A stretch of 64,000 bases of DNA from Spirochaetia bacterium (GCA_965203905.1 CBDBDQ010000005.1:7488001-7552000); one strand, 5' to 3'. Shown: positions 48,005 through 60,105, counted from the stretch's first letter. Translations and numbers: made by a program. Notes: generated by a model from the letters alone, not told the origin.

Positions 48005-48682
48005 ATGACCCGCCGCGCCGATACTAGGGGGGTGAGGGTCTCGGCACGAATGGCGTGCGCCGGGTTGGCGGTGGCGGCCCTGAGTTGCTGCACCACGGGG
48101 GAGCTGCGGCAATCGATGCCCGGCATTGCCGGGTATCAGCTCGACGTGCGCCAACAGCGCCTGGTGCGCTCGGCGCACGATCTGATCGGGGTCGATCGGC
48201 TGTTCGTCGGCGGCACCGAGTACCGCGACGACTGCACCGGCGCGGTGCTGGCGGTGTACGCCGGTGCCGGCATCAACCTCGGCGTGCGGTTCCATCAGTA
48301 TCGCGGCAACGGCGTGGCGCGCCTGTTTCAGATGATGCGCGACCACCGGCTGTACTACCCCGCCGACGCGCGGCTGCTACCCGCTCCGGGCGACATCGTG
48401 TTCTTCGACAACACCTTCGACCGCAACGGCAACCGGCGCTGGGACGACGCTCTCACCCACATGGCGCTGGTCGTGGCGGTGGACCGGAGCGGTACCATCA
48501 GCTACCTGCACAACCACCTGCGGCGCGGTGTGGTCATCGAACGGATGAACCTCGGCTACCCCGACTCTCCCGAACTCAACGCGCCCCTGCGCCAGCGCGG
48601 CTCGCCGCGCGACGGCAGCGGCCGCTGGCTGGCGAGCCACCTGGTGCGCGGCTTCGGCCGTGCCTACCTGCTGCCAGCTTGA
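48005..48682 (+). CDS. NlpC/P60-CHAP-like lipoprotein (putative peptidoglycan amidase)
   Basis: Lipobox-like AALSC; DCTG catalytic Cys; [12 protein letters not shown]; THMALV; exact start uncertain. Confidence 0.75.
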   Translation: MTRRADTRGVRVSARMACAGLAVAALSCCTTGELRQSMPGIAGYQLDVRQQRLVRSAHDLIGVDRLFVGGTEYRDDCTGAVLAVYAGAGINLGVRFHQYRGNGVARLFQMMRDHRLYYPADARLLPAPGDIVFFDNTFDRNGNRRWDDALTHMALVVAVDRSGTISYLHNHLRRGVVIERMNLGYPDSPELNAPLRQRGSPRDGSGRWLASHLVRGFGRAYLLPA

Positions 48683-48714
48683 CCTGCACGGCGGGCGGGC
48701 ACAGGATGCCACCC

Positions 48715-49212
48715 ATGTCTTCATGCACGAGCCGAATGCTGGTCGCGGTATGTTGCTGCGTTTCGCTGCTGTCTTTCGCCAGCGTGGAGGCGCCGGCGGA
48801 GTCCCCTGACTGGGTCCTGGAGGCGATTGAGGACGCGACGCTCGACCCCGGCGAGTTGCACTACTTCCACGGCGTCCACCGCGACTGTCCGCTGGTCGAT
48901 GCGGATGCCGAGCGGATCATCGAGCAGGCCCTGAGCCGGAACGGGATCGAGCCTCGGCACCTGGCACGGTCGCGCGAGCTCTCGGACCACCTCTTCCTCG
49001 ACCTCTGGGTCTCGTGCGTGGAACGGGCGAGCAACTTCGTGTACGTGATCGACACCTACCTCGCGCTCCACTCCCCTCTCGACGGCAAGCGGCTGTTCAT
49101 CGCCCAGCGCTTCGGACGCTTCGGAGCAGGCGACCGCGCTTCCATTCTGCATTCAATGCGAGAGTCGGTAGACAGCGCCGCCAGCGCCTTCCTGCAAGCC
49201 AACCGGCGCTAG
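48715..49212 (+). CDS. Hypothetical exported protein
   Basis: Signal-peptide-like N-terminus (LLSFA); compact ORF with normal composition; no recognisable motif. Confidence 0.6.
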   Translation: MSSCTSRMLVAVCCCVSLLSFASVEAPAESPDWVLEAIEDATLDPGELHYFHGVHRDCPLVDADAERIIEQALSRNGIEPRHLARSRELSDHLFLDLWVSCVERASNFVYVIDTYLALHSPLDGKRLFIAQRFGRFGAGDRASILHSMRESVDSAASAFLQANRR

Positions 49213-49257
49213 GAGTCTGTCGGATTGGCGCGTGAGCGGCAAATCCGACAGGACTCC
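49209..49257. mobile_element. Degenerate miniature element with IS-terminus-like inverted repeats at a CTAG
   Basis: CTAG-GAGTCTGTCGGATT ... AATCCGACAG(G)ACTCC: 15-bp inverted repeat with a 1-nt bulge; no transposase. Confidence 0.5.
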
Positions 49258-49397
49258 GTACGGTAGGCGGGGCTGGGCCGAAAGCGTCGCCGACAGGCGG
49301 CGGTTTCGGGGCGCTGACGCGGCGCTACCGGCCGTACGCGCGGGCGCCGGTGTCCAGCAGCTGTTAGCGGGCCGAAACGCTCGGTGGCGGCGGCCGC

Positions 49398-52496
<3,099 letters not shown>

Positions 52497-52615
52497 GGCG
52501 TTCGCTACAGGCTAACGCGCAGCGCCCGCGGAGGCAACCACCGGCACCGTTTCCGGTGGGACGCACTGCGCGCCTCCCTGGCTCCGGCGGCGGTCGTTCG
52601 TGGTAGGGTTGCGGC

Positions 52616-53626
52616 GTGGATACCGGAGCTGCTGCCACGCAGCGTGTCTGCGTCGCCGCGCTGGCGCTGCTGTCGATCATCCTTTCAGGTTGCGCCACCG
52701 TTCCGGGCAACACCGGCGACGGGCGCGGATTCACCCGCAACTTCGCCTGGCAGTATGGAGGGCGCAGCTTCGACCTGGCGTTCGATCTGCATCCCGACAA
52801 CTACGAACGGTTCCGCAAGCGCCAGCGCACCCGCGAATACGACCTGTTCGCTTCCGACTATCACAGCAAGCCGTTCATTCGGGAAATCACCAGGCGGCTT
52901 GCCGACTACGGCACGGCGTCCGGGCTGAGCCGCGACGAAATCCCGTACTTCGTCGTCTCCTTCGTCCAGAACCTGCCGTACACGTCGGACGACTTGACGA
53001 CCGGGTTCGACGAGTACCCCAGATTCCCCTACGAGACCCTCTACGACAACGGCGGCGACTGCGAGGACACTTCGATACTCGCGGCCGCGATCCTCCACGA
53101 GCTGCGCTACGATGTCGCACTGCTGCTGTTTCCGGGCCACATGGCCGTCGGCTTCGAGTGCCGGCCGGAGATCGGACAACCCCACTACCGGCACCACGGA
53201 AGACGCTACTGTTACCTGGAGACTACCGGGGACGACTGGGACGTCGGCGTGGTGCCCCCGAGCGTGCGGGGCGTTGCCGCCACCATCAAGCCGATCATCG
53301 AGCGTCCGGTGCTGCTGGTGGAATTCGTCGCCAAGTACCGTCAGATCAGCGCCGACACCACTGCCGTGGACGTGACGGCGCTGGTGACGAATCTGGGGTC
53401 TCACACGGCACGCGGAGCCGCCGTGTACGTAGCACTGCGCAAACCGGGCACCGACCTGGTGTGGGATCAGATTCAGAGCGACCGATTCGGTCTGGCCCCG
53501 GAAGAGACCTTTACCTACGAGGTAGCCGGCCTGCAGGTGAAGCCGGTCAATCCGTTCCAGGTCTACGTGCAGGCGCGCGGAACCAACTTCGCTCCCCAGG
53601 AAGCGGTCAGCGAAGTGCTGCGCTGA
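52616..53626 (+). CDS. Lipoprotein with transglutaminase-like (Cys-His) domain and C-terminal Ig-like region
   Basis: Lipobox ILSGC; FVQNLPY; YPRFPYETL..GGDCEDTSIL; HMAVG; YLETT. Confidence 0.7.
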   Translation: MDTGAAATQRVCVAALALLSIILSGCATVPGNTGDGRGFTRNFAWQYGGRSFDLAFDLHPDNYERFRKRQRTREYDLFASDYHSKPFIREITRRLADYGTASGLSRDEIPYFVVSFVQNLPYTSDDLTTGFDEYPRFPYETLYDNGGDCEDTSILAAAILHELRYDVALLLFPGHMAVGFECRPEIGQPHYRHHGRRYCYLETTGDDWDVGVVPPSVRGVAATIKPIIERPVLLVEFVAKYRQISADTTAVDVTALVTNLGSHTARGAAVYVALRKPGTDLVWDQIQSDRFGLAPEETFTYEVAGLQVKPVNPFQVYVQARGTNFAPQEAVSEVLR

Positions 53627-53633
53627 GCGGCGC

Positions 53634-54602
53634 TCAGGCGGCGTTCCACGGCAGGCGCTCCAGGTCGACGTTGCCGCCGGTCAGCACTACCCCGACGCGG
53701 CGGCCGCGAAATTGCGCGGCGTGACCGAGCACCGCCGCCAGTGAGACCGCCGCGGACGGCTCGACCACCAGCTTCATGCGCATCCAGATGCTGCGCATGG
53801 CGGCCACTATCTGCTCCTCGGAGACGGTCACTATCTGCACCCCGTGCGCGCGCAGCAGGGAGAAAGTGAGCGGGGCCAGGGAGGTGCGCAGTCCGTCGGC
53901 CACCGTATCCGGCTGCACGCTCGGCAGGATGCGGCCCGCCGCCAGCGAGCGTGCCGCATCGTCGGCGCGCACCGGCTCCGCCCCGAACACGGCGGTCTGC
54001 GGACGCAGCCCGCGCACCGCCACCGCGATCCCACTCAGGCAGCCACCGCCGCCCACGGGCGCCACCACCGCGTCCAGGTCGGCGACCTGCTCCAGCAGCT
54101 CCAGGGCCAGGGTGCCCTGGCCGGCGACGATGTGGGGATGCCCGTACGGATGGATCAGGGTGGCGCCTTCCTGCTCCACGACCCGTTGCGCGGCGGCGGC
54201 GCGTGCCTGGTCGCCGTCCGCGCACGGCACTACCCGTGCCCCGTAGCCGGCCACCGCCGCCCGCTTGACCGCCGCCGAGCTGCGCGGCATGACCACGGTG
54301 GCCGCCACCGCACGCACGCCTGCCGCGGCCGCGACCGCCTGGCCGTGGTTGCCGGATGAGTGGGTCACGACGCCGCGGGCGGCCTGGGCAGAGGAGAGCT
54401 GCAGCACGAAGTTGGTGGCGCCGCGCATCTTGAACGCGCCCACCTTCTGCAGGTTCTCGCACTTGAAGAACAGCCGCGCCCCGCTCGCCTCGTCCAGGTA
54501 CGCGCTGGTGAACACCGGCGTGCGGTGGACGTAGGGCTCGATGCGCCGCGCGGCCGCCTGCACGTCAACGATGGTGGGTTCGGGCACCTCCGGCGAGCCC
54601 AT
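53634..54602 (-). CDS. PLP-dependent serine/threonine dehydratase or serine racemase
   Basis: KCENLQKVGAFKMRGA; HSSGNHGQA; PVGGGG; EPSAA; TGGN. Confidence 0.92.
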   Translation of the reverse strand: MGSPEVPEPTIVDVQAAARRIEPYVHRTPVFTSAYLDEASGARLFFKCENLQKVGAFKMRGATNFVLQLSSAQAARGVVTHSSGNHGQAVAAAAGVRAVAATVVMPRSSAAVKRAAVAGYGARVVPCADGDQARAAAAQRVVEQEGATLIHPYGHPHIVAGQGTLALELLEQVADLDAVVAPVGGGGCLSGIAVAVRGLRPQTAVFGAEPVRADDAARSLAAGRILPSVQPDTVADGLRTSLAPLTFSLLRAHGVQIVTVSEEQIVAAMRSIWMRMKLVVEPSAAVSLAAVLGHAAQFRGRRVGVVLTGGNVDLERLPWNAA

Positions 54603-54605
54603 GCG

Positions 54606-55025
54606 TCACTCCGCCATCAGGATCAGCCGCGGCTTGCAACGCCAGTCGAATGACCGCCGCGGGTCCGCTTCCGCCGCCCGCGCCTCGGCGGCGGCACCGC
54701 CCATGGCTCGCAGCAGAGCTGCCACGTCGAGGCCCAGATAGGGGGAGGAAACCGCCTCCAGCTTCGCGGCCGCCTTCGCCAGCAGACGCTGTACCCCCCG
54801 CATGTTGCCGCGCTCGGCGTGCACGAAAGCCGCGGCCAACTGGATGATCCCCTGGTAGAAGCGCCGCCGCTCCGGGTCACTGGTGGCGCGCCACAGGTCC
54901 TCCAGCACTTCGTGGGCATGCCAGTGCTCACCCGCGTGGTACAGTCTGACGCACTCCAGGTACGGCCCCGGCCACCGGCTCTCCACCGGCGCCGCGACGC
55001 CATGCCGCCGCTCGTCTGCGCCCAT
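54606..55025 (-). CDS. DUF309 domain protein
   Basis: HAHEVLEDLW...YQGIIQLAAAFVH; GAGGGAGG SD upstream of ATG 55025. Confidence 0.85.
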   Translation of the reverse strand: MGADERRHGVAAPVESRWPGPYLECVRLYHAGEHWHAHEVLEDLWRATSDPERRRFYQGIIQLAAAFVHAERGNMRGVQRLLAKAAAKLEAVSSPYLGLDVAALLRAMGGAAAEARAAEADPRRSFDWRCKPRLILMAE

Positions 55026-55090
55026 TTCAGCAGCCTCCCTCATGGATGGTATCACCCCTCACTGCTCCGGTGCATTCCACGCTCGCCCGC

Positions 55091-55123
55091 TTGACGCGGC
55101 GGGCGCAGGTCAGCAATCTGACC
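55091..55123 (+). promoter_or_regulatory. Sigma70-type promoter (TTGACG-N17-CAATCT) overlapped by palindrome GGTCAG-caat-CTGACC
   Basis: -35 at 55091-55096; -10 at 55114-55119; ATG 7 nt further on; palindrome at 55108-55123. Confidence 0.6.
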
Positions 55124-55126
55124 GTT

Positions 55127-56167
55127 ATGGCCGACACGATCCAGGTCGACGACGGCAGTACCACGCGCGATACGCGTGGCGAGTGGGTGCCGCGCATCCT
55201 GCGGCCCAAGGCGGTGCTGTTCACGTGGCCGCCGCGGCCCAGGGCGGCGCTGAAGTTCCTGTTCGGCGTGCCCGGCTTCCTGTGGCCGTTCGGGCTGGCC
55301 TTCTACGGCGGGCTGGCGGCGGTCACCTGGCTGTTCCTCCAGCCCGGGGCCGACGACCTGAGCCGCTTTGCCCGGCTGCACCCCGACTGGATCCTGCCGA
55401 TGTACGCGCGCAACGTGGTCTTGCTGCTGATCATCGCGGGGGGCTGGCACCTGCGCCTGTACTGGTCACGCGCCCAGGGCACCCGCTTCAAGTACAACAG
55501 CCGCTGGCCGAGCACCCGGAGCAAGGCGTTCCTGTTCGGCAACCAGGTGTGGGACAACATGTTCTGGAGCCTGGTCAGCGGGGCCGGCATCTGGACCATC
55601 TACGAGGCGCTGATGCTGTGGGCGTACGGCAACGGCTGGCTGCCGTTCGTCGAGTTCCGCTCCAATCCGGTTTGGTTCGTGGCGCTGCTGGTGCTGCTGG
55701 CACCGTGGAGCGACTTCCACTTCTACTGGGTGCACCGCATCACCCACTGGAAGCCGCTGTACCGGGCCTGCCACTACCTGCACCACCGCAACGTCAACGT
55801 GGGACCGTGGTCGGGCCTGTCGATGCACCCCCTGGAGCACGTGCTCTACTTCAGCCGCTGGATTCTCCTGCTCATCCTCCCCGCGCACCCGATCCACCTG
55901 TTCTACCTGATGCAGCGGGCCGGCTTGAACCCGGCCGTCGGCCACACCGGCTTCGACCAGGTGGTGCTCAACAAGGAACGCGACAGCCGGCTGTCGATCG
56001 ACTCCTTCTTCCACTACCTGCACCACCGTTACTTCGAGTGCAACTACGGCACCTCCCCGCTCCCCTTCGACCGCCTGTTCGGCACCTTCCACGACGGCTC
56101 GGAGGCCGCCCACGCGGCGATGCGCCGCAAGCGCCGCATGCCGGCCGAGTCGAAGGGCCTGATATAA
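55127..56167 (+). CDS. Sterol desaturase / fatty acid hydroxylase family membrane di-iron enzyme
   Basis: His boxes HFYWVHRITH, HYLHH, HTG and HYLHHRY..NYG. Confidence 0.9.
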   Translation: MADTIQVDDGSTTRDTRGEWVPRILRPKAVLFTWPPRPRAALKFLFGVPGFLWPFGLAFYGGLAAVTWLFLQPGADDLSRFARLHPDWILPMYARNVVLLLIIAGGWHLRLYWSRAQGTRFKYNSRWPSTRSKAFLFGNQVWDNMFWSLVSGAGIWTIYEALMLWAYGNGWLPFVEFRSNPVWFVALLVLLAPWSDFHFYWVHRITHWKPLYRACHYLHHRNVNVGPWSGLSMHPLEHVLYFSRWILLLILPAHPIHLFYLMQRAGLNPAVGHTGFDQVVLNKERDSRLSIDSFFHYLHHRYFECNYGTSPLPFDRLFGTFHDGSEAAHAAMRRKRRMPAESKGLI

Positions 56168-56177
56168 CCAGGGGGCC

Positions 56178-57476
56178 TTACACCCGACCGGTGGGGTCCT
56201 GCTCGGTCAGGTCGATGCGGAGCAGGACCCACATGCTCGCCGCCATCAGTGCCGCCAGCCCAGCGAACACCAACCGGTACCCGCCGCCGCCGAGGGCAGC
56301 CAGGAGTTGCAGCACCCGGCCGGCGAGCAGCGGCAGGCCGACGCTGAGCGGCATGGTCACGAGCTGGGCCAAGGCGTAGTAGGCGGTAGCGTCCGTGCGT
56401 CGCGAGAGCAGCTTGACCACCGGCATGAAGGCAAGCTGGCGGCTGGCCCGGCCGATGCCGATCAACGCGCTGGCAACGAAGAACGCCCACGGCGCAGGGG
56501 CGGCTGCAGCCGGGACGGCCAACACCAGCAGCACGCCCGCCACCGAACAGCACTTCCCGAGAATCAGACGTTGGCGCAGGCTGAGCAGGCGCGAACGGCC
56601 GAGGAACAGGTACGCCGCGGTCGAGCCGGCATGCGTGGCGACGACGAAGGCGGTGGCCGCCGCCGCGGCGACACCGACGTGCTCGGTGGCGTAGACCGCG
56701 TAGAACGCCGTTACCGCCGAGCTCGCGAAGAACTCGACGTCGTTGGCCATGTACAACAGGAACGAACGGTTGCGCAACGCCGTGGCGACGACATCCGTGA
56801 AGCGGGCACCGGCTCCCGCTTCGTCCGACGCTGCCGCGAACGCGGCCGGCGCCACCTCGCGAGTCAGCGCCAGCAGCAGCGCGGAGGCGGCGAGGAGGAG
56901 CCCGGTGCCAACGAATACCAGGCCCACCATGGTCGGCGCGAACACGAACCGCTGCACCAATGCGGCGGCGAGCAGACCGCTGAGAATCCGTGCCACGGTC
57001 TGCAGTGTGAACATCACCGACAGGCCGGCGAAGACCCGCTGCGGCGGAAACACGCGCGTGACGTACTCCCGCCACAGCGGCGCTGAAATGCCGAATGCCG
57101 CGGCCAGGAAGGCGTAGGTGACGATCAGCGCGGAGACCGACAGGAAGCGCGGCCCGAGCAGCAGCAGCATACCGCCGAATGCCAGCGGCGGCAGCGCGAG
57201 GGTGGCATTGGTGACGATGGCAATGGTGCGCTTGTCGGGCACACCGCGGGTCAGGTAGGCGGAGAGCAGCGGCAGGAACGCCAGGGCGGCCCAGAAGATG
57301 GCCGCCATCAGGCCGACCTCGAAGGTGGTGCCGCCGGCGGCGCGCATCAGCAGCGGGAGAAAAGCCGCGTCCGCCGTAATCACCGGCAGCGCCAGTCCGA
57401 CGCAGAACTCCGACCCGGCCAGTCCCGCGGTGTTGCGGGCGACCGGTGCCCCTTCGCCGCGAGGCGTGTTCAGCAT
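56178..57476 (-). CDS. MFS-type transporter
   Basis: About 12 hydrophobic segments; central loop LRNRSFLLY. Confidence 0.8.
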   Translation of the reverse strand: MLNTPRGEGAPVARNTAGLAGSEFCVGLALPVITADAAFLPLLMRAAGGTTFEVGLMAAIFWAALAFLPLLSAYLTRGVPDKRTIAIVTNATLALPPLAFGGMLLLLGPRFLSVSALIVTYAFLAAAFGISAPLWREYVTRVFPPQRVFAGLSVMFTLQTVARILSGLLAAALVQRFVFAPTMVGLVFVGTGLLLAASALLLALTREVAPAAFAAASDEAGAGARFTDVVATALRNRSFLLYMANDVEFFASSAVTAFYAVYATEHVGVAAAAATAFVVATHAGSTAAYLFLGRSRLLSLRQRLILGKCCSVAGVLLVLAVPAAAAPAPWAFFVASALIGIGRASRQLAFMPVVKLLSRRTDATAYYALAQLVTMPLSVGLPLLAGRVLQLLAALGGGGYRLVFAGLAALMAASMWVLLRIDLTEQDPTGRV

Positions 57477-57490
57477 AGAATTACCGCGCA

Positions 57491-58711
57491 ATGAGCGACT
57501 CGCAGGCGCACGTTCCCATCCGGGCCATCACCAGGGCGCCGGGCTACCACTGGTTCGGATACTACGACAAGCTGCAGTTCGATCCCACCTCGCGCTACGT
57601 GCTGGCCATGCGCGTCGACTTCGAGCATCGCGCGCCGCGGCCCGGCGATGAGATCGGCATCGGCATGATCGACCTGGAGGACGGCGACGCCTGGCGGCCG
57701 CTCGGCACCACCACCGCGTGGTCCTGGCAACAGGGCTGCATGCTGCAGTGGCTCCCCGGATCGGCGAGCGAGGTGATCTGGAACGAGCGCGCCGGCGACC
57801 GCTACGTGGCGCGCATCGCCGACATCGCCACCGGCGCCAGCCGCACCCTGCCGGCGCCGGTGTACGCACTGGCGCCGGATGGCCGCTCCGCGGTCGGGCC
57901 CGACTTCCGGCGCCTCAACGACATGCGTCCCGGGTACGGCTACGAGGGCATTCCCGATCCCTGCCATGACCAGCTCGCACCCGAGGAGTCAGGCATCCAC
58001 ACCGTGGACCTGGACACCGGCGAGACGCGCCAGATCATCTCCGTGGCGGACGCGGCCGCCGTCCCCTACCCGCACGATGACCTGTCACGGGCCAAGCACT
58101 ACTTCAACCACCTGCTGTTCAGTCCCGACGGCACCCGCTTCATCTTCCTGCACCGCTGGCGGATCCCGGGCGAACCGGGGATGCGAACGCGCATGTTCAC
58201 GGCGAACGCCGACGGCTCCGACCTGCACGTGGTGGACGACTACGGCGCCATGTCGCACTTCATCTGGCGCGATCCGGAGACTATCCTGGCGTGGTCGTGG
58301 CAGCCCTCGCACCAGGGTGCGTTCTACCTGTACCGCGACCGCACCGACCAGGTGGAGGTGATCGGCAAGCACGCCATGACCCTGAACGGGCACTGCACCT
58401 ACCTGAGCGACCCGGACTGGATCCTCAACGACTGTTATCCGCGGGCAGGGACGCGTACCCAGGAGCTGTACCTGTACCACGTGCCCAGCGCTACCCGCAT
58501 CGAGCTGGGAGGATTCCACGCCCCGGAGGCGTACCGCGACGAGTCGCGCTGCGACCTGCACCCGCGCTCCGATCCGAGCGGCCGCCTGGTCACCATCGAC
58601 TCCGCCCACGCCGGCGGCCGGCAGATCTACCTGCTCGACATCACCGCCGCGGCCGAGACAAGCGGCCGTCCGGCCCCGCCCGGCCGTCAGCGATCGCCCT
58701 TGGGGAAGTAG
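57491..58711 (+). CDS. Cytoplasmic beta-propeller protein (TolB/oligogalacturonate lyase-like)
   Basis: HWFGYYD; WSWQQGCMLQW; NHLLFSPDG.RF.FLHRW; NGHCTY; RCDLHPR...IDS. Confidence 0.7.
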   Translation: MSDSQAHVPIRAITRAPGYHWFGYYDKLQFDPTSRYVLAMRVDFEHRAPRPGDEIGIGMIDLEDGDAWRPLGTTTAWSWQQGCMLQWLPGSASEVIWNERAGDRYVARIADIATGASRTLPAPVYALAPDGRSAVGPDFRRLNDMRPGYGYEGIPDPCHDQLAPEESGIHTVDLDTGETRQIISVADAAAVPYPHDDLSRAKHYFNHLLFSPDGTRFIFLHRWRIPGEPGMRTRMFTANADGSDLHVVDDYGAMSHFIWRDPETILAWSWQPSHQGAFYLYRDRTDQVEVIGKHAMTLNGHCTYLSDPDWILNDCYPRAGTRTQELYLYHVPSATRIELGGFHAPEAYRDESRCDLHPRSDPSGRLVTIDSAHAGGRQIYLLDITAAAETSGRPAPPGRQRSPLGK

Positions 58712-58944
58712 AACGAAATGACGAGTGTGATCAGCGGCAGCAATCCGATCTTTATCAGTTCGAAGATGCTTGCCAGCGCCTGATTGTCGGGATACGCGAC
58801 GTAGGCAGCAAACACCAGCACGCACACCACGCCCACAAACAGAAGCACCTGTTTGGCAAACCGAAGACGGTCGCCTTCATCGATGACCCGTACGTCTTTC
58901 CGCGCGAGACCGGCAATGTCGATGTCCGTGCCGTGGTCAGCCAC
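58687..58944 (-). CDS. Small two-TM membrane protein
   Basis: 85 aa with two hydrophobic helices; starts 1 nt after the RHH gene stop; AT-richer than flanks. Confidence 0.7.
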   Translation of the reverse strand: MADHGTDIDIAGLARKDVRVIDEGDRLRFAKQVLLFVGVVCVLVFAAYVAYPDNQALASIFELIKIGLLPLITLVISFYFPKGDR

Positions 58945-58945
58945 T

Positions 58946-59164
58946 CTACATTCCGCGAATGCGTCCGACCGCGTGCAACTCGCGGGTGTTCTTGTCTTCT
59001 TCCACTATCCCCAACGACCTGCCCTTGATCGTTTCCTGCTCGACCAACGCGAGCACTGCCAGCGCGCGGCGCACCGCCTCTGCCCTGCTGACCCGGTTCC
59101 TCGCCGCGAAGTTCGTCAATACCTCATCGAAGCTGTCCGACAGTTCCAAGGTCATACGGCGCAT
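58946..59164 (-). CDS. Ribbon-helix-helix (CopG-like) DNA-binding protein
   Basis: RRMTLELSD beta-strand; SRAEAVRRALA helix; GGAGGT SD. Confidence 0.8.
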   Translation of the reverse strand: MRRMTLELSDSFDEVLTNFAARNRVSRAEAVRRALAVLALVEQETIKGRSLGIVEEDKNTRELHAVGRIRGM

Positions 59165-59352
59165 GGCAACACCTCCCAATAGAGCACCCCGAGAGCGACA
59201 CTCCAACATGCTACAGGAGTGCCGCTGCGACCGTCAAAATCCGTGTGCCTGCCGTCAACTGCGTTACCCCGGCCTACCGGCGCAGCGGATGCCGTGGGCA
59301 ATGCCGCGCCTCAACGGCGCCGTCCTGCGCGCGGCCGCCGCCTACGATGACA

Positions 59353-59760
59353 TCACTGCGCGTCGGCGGGCGTGACTCTGACTACCGCCAATCCGGAGAC
59401 GCTCTCGAAATGGCCGTCGCCGGTGAGCAGCGAGGCGCCGCACTCCATGGTATGCGCCGCAATCCAGACGTCGTTCACCGGAATCGGCGTGCCGGCCCGC
59501 CGCAGCTCCGCGGCGATACGACCGAAGCAGTCGGCGGTCTCGATAGTCGCCGGATGAAACTCGACGAACGGACTGGCGAGAAACTCATCCAGTTGAGCCC
59601 GGTTCTTCTGGAAGCGGGAACCATGGCGAAAGCCGTACAGGAGTTCCGCAACCGTCGCCGCTGGTAGCAGAATCCGTTGCGCGTCGCGGACTCTCGCTCT
59701 GACCTCGGCGGCGCCGCGCATGTACGCACTGTACATGTTGGTGTCGAGCACGAGTGTCAA
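59353..59760 (-). CDS. vapC: PIN-domain VapC toxin
   Basis: VLDTN; TVAELLYG; PIPVNDVWIAAH; LLTGDGHF; TTG start. Confidence 0.9.
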   Translation of the reverse strand: MTLVLDTNMYSAYMRGAAEVRARVRDAQRILLPAATVAELLYGFRHGSRFQKNRAQLDEFLASPFVEFHPATIETADCFGRIAAELRRAGTPIPVNDVWIAAHTMECGASLLTGDGHFESVSGLAVVRVTPADAQ

Positions 59761-59779
59761 AGCGGGACCCGTCCGTCTG

Positions 59780-60043
59780 TCATTGCCAAAACGAATCGTC
59801 CGCCTTGTCGAGCTCCGCCACCGCTTCCAGCACGACACGTTCCTCCTCGGCGGACCAGGAGCCAAAGAACCGGTCGAGTGCATTGCCGACCGTCAGCGGG
59901 CGTTCGTCGGAGGCCGGCATCCCCGCTCCTTTCCTCATCAGCGCCAACGCGGCCTTGTTCAACGACGTGTCGCGGCGCTGTGCCTCGTTGCGTACGCACC
60001 GCTCCAGCTCCGGGTCGCGGAATCGAATCGTCAATTGCGTCAT
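59780..60043 (-). CDS. vapB: Putative antitoxin (RHH/Arc-like N-terminus) of the VapC
   Basis: MTQLTIR...SLNKAALALM; LDRFFGSWS; acidic C-terminus; directly upstream of vapC. Confidence 0.8.
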   Translation of the reverse strand: MTQLTIRFRDPELERCVRNEAQRRDTSLNKAALALMRKGAGMPASDERPLTVGNALDRFFGSWSAEEERVVLEAVAELDKADDSFWQ

Positions 60044-60088
60044 CGGGGCAAGCTTAACGCGGTGTGCGACTCACTTCAAGGCGCAGAC

Positions 60089-60105
60089 TGACTCGGAATG
60101 AGTCA
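60089..60105. promoter_or_regulatory. Palindrome TGACTC-ggaat-GAGTCA upstream of vapBC (candidate autorepression operator)
   Basis: 6-bp arms; additional GACTCA half-site near 60068; TAAGCT -10 at 60051-60056 on the minus strand. Confidence 0.45.
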
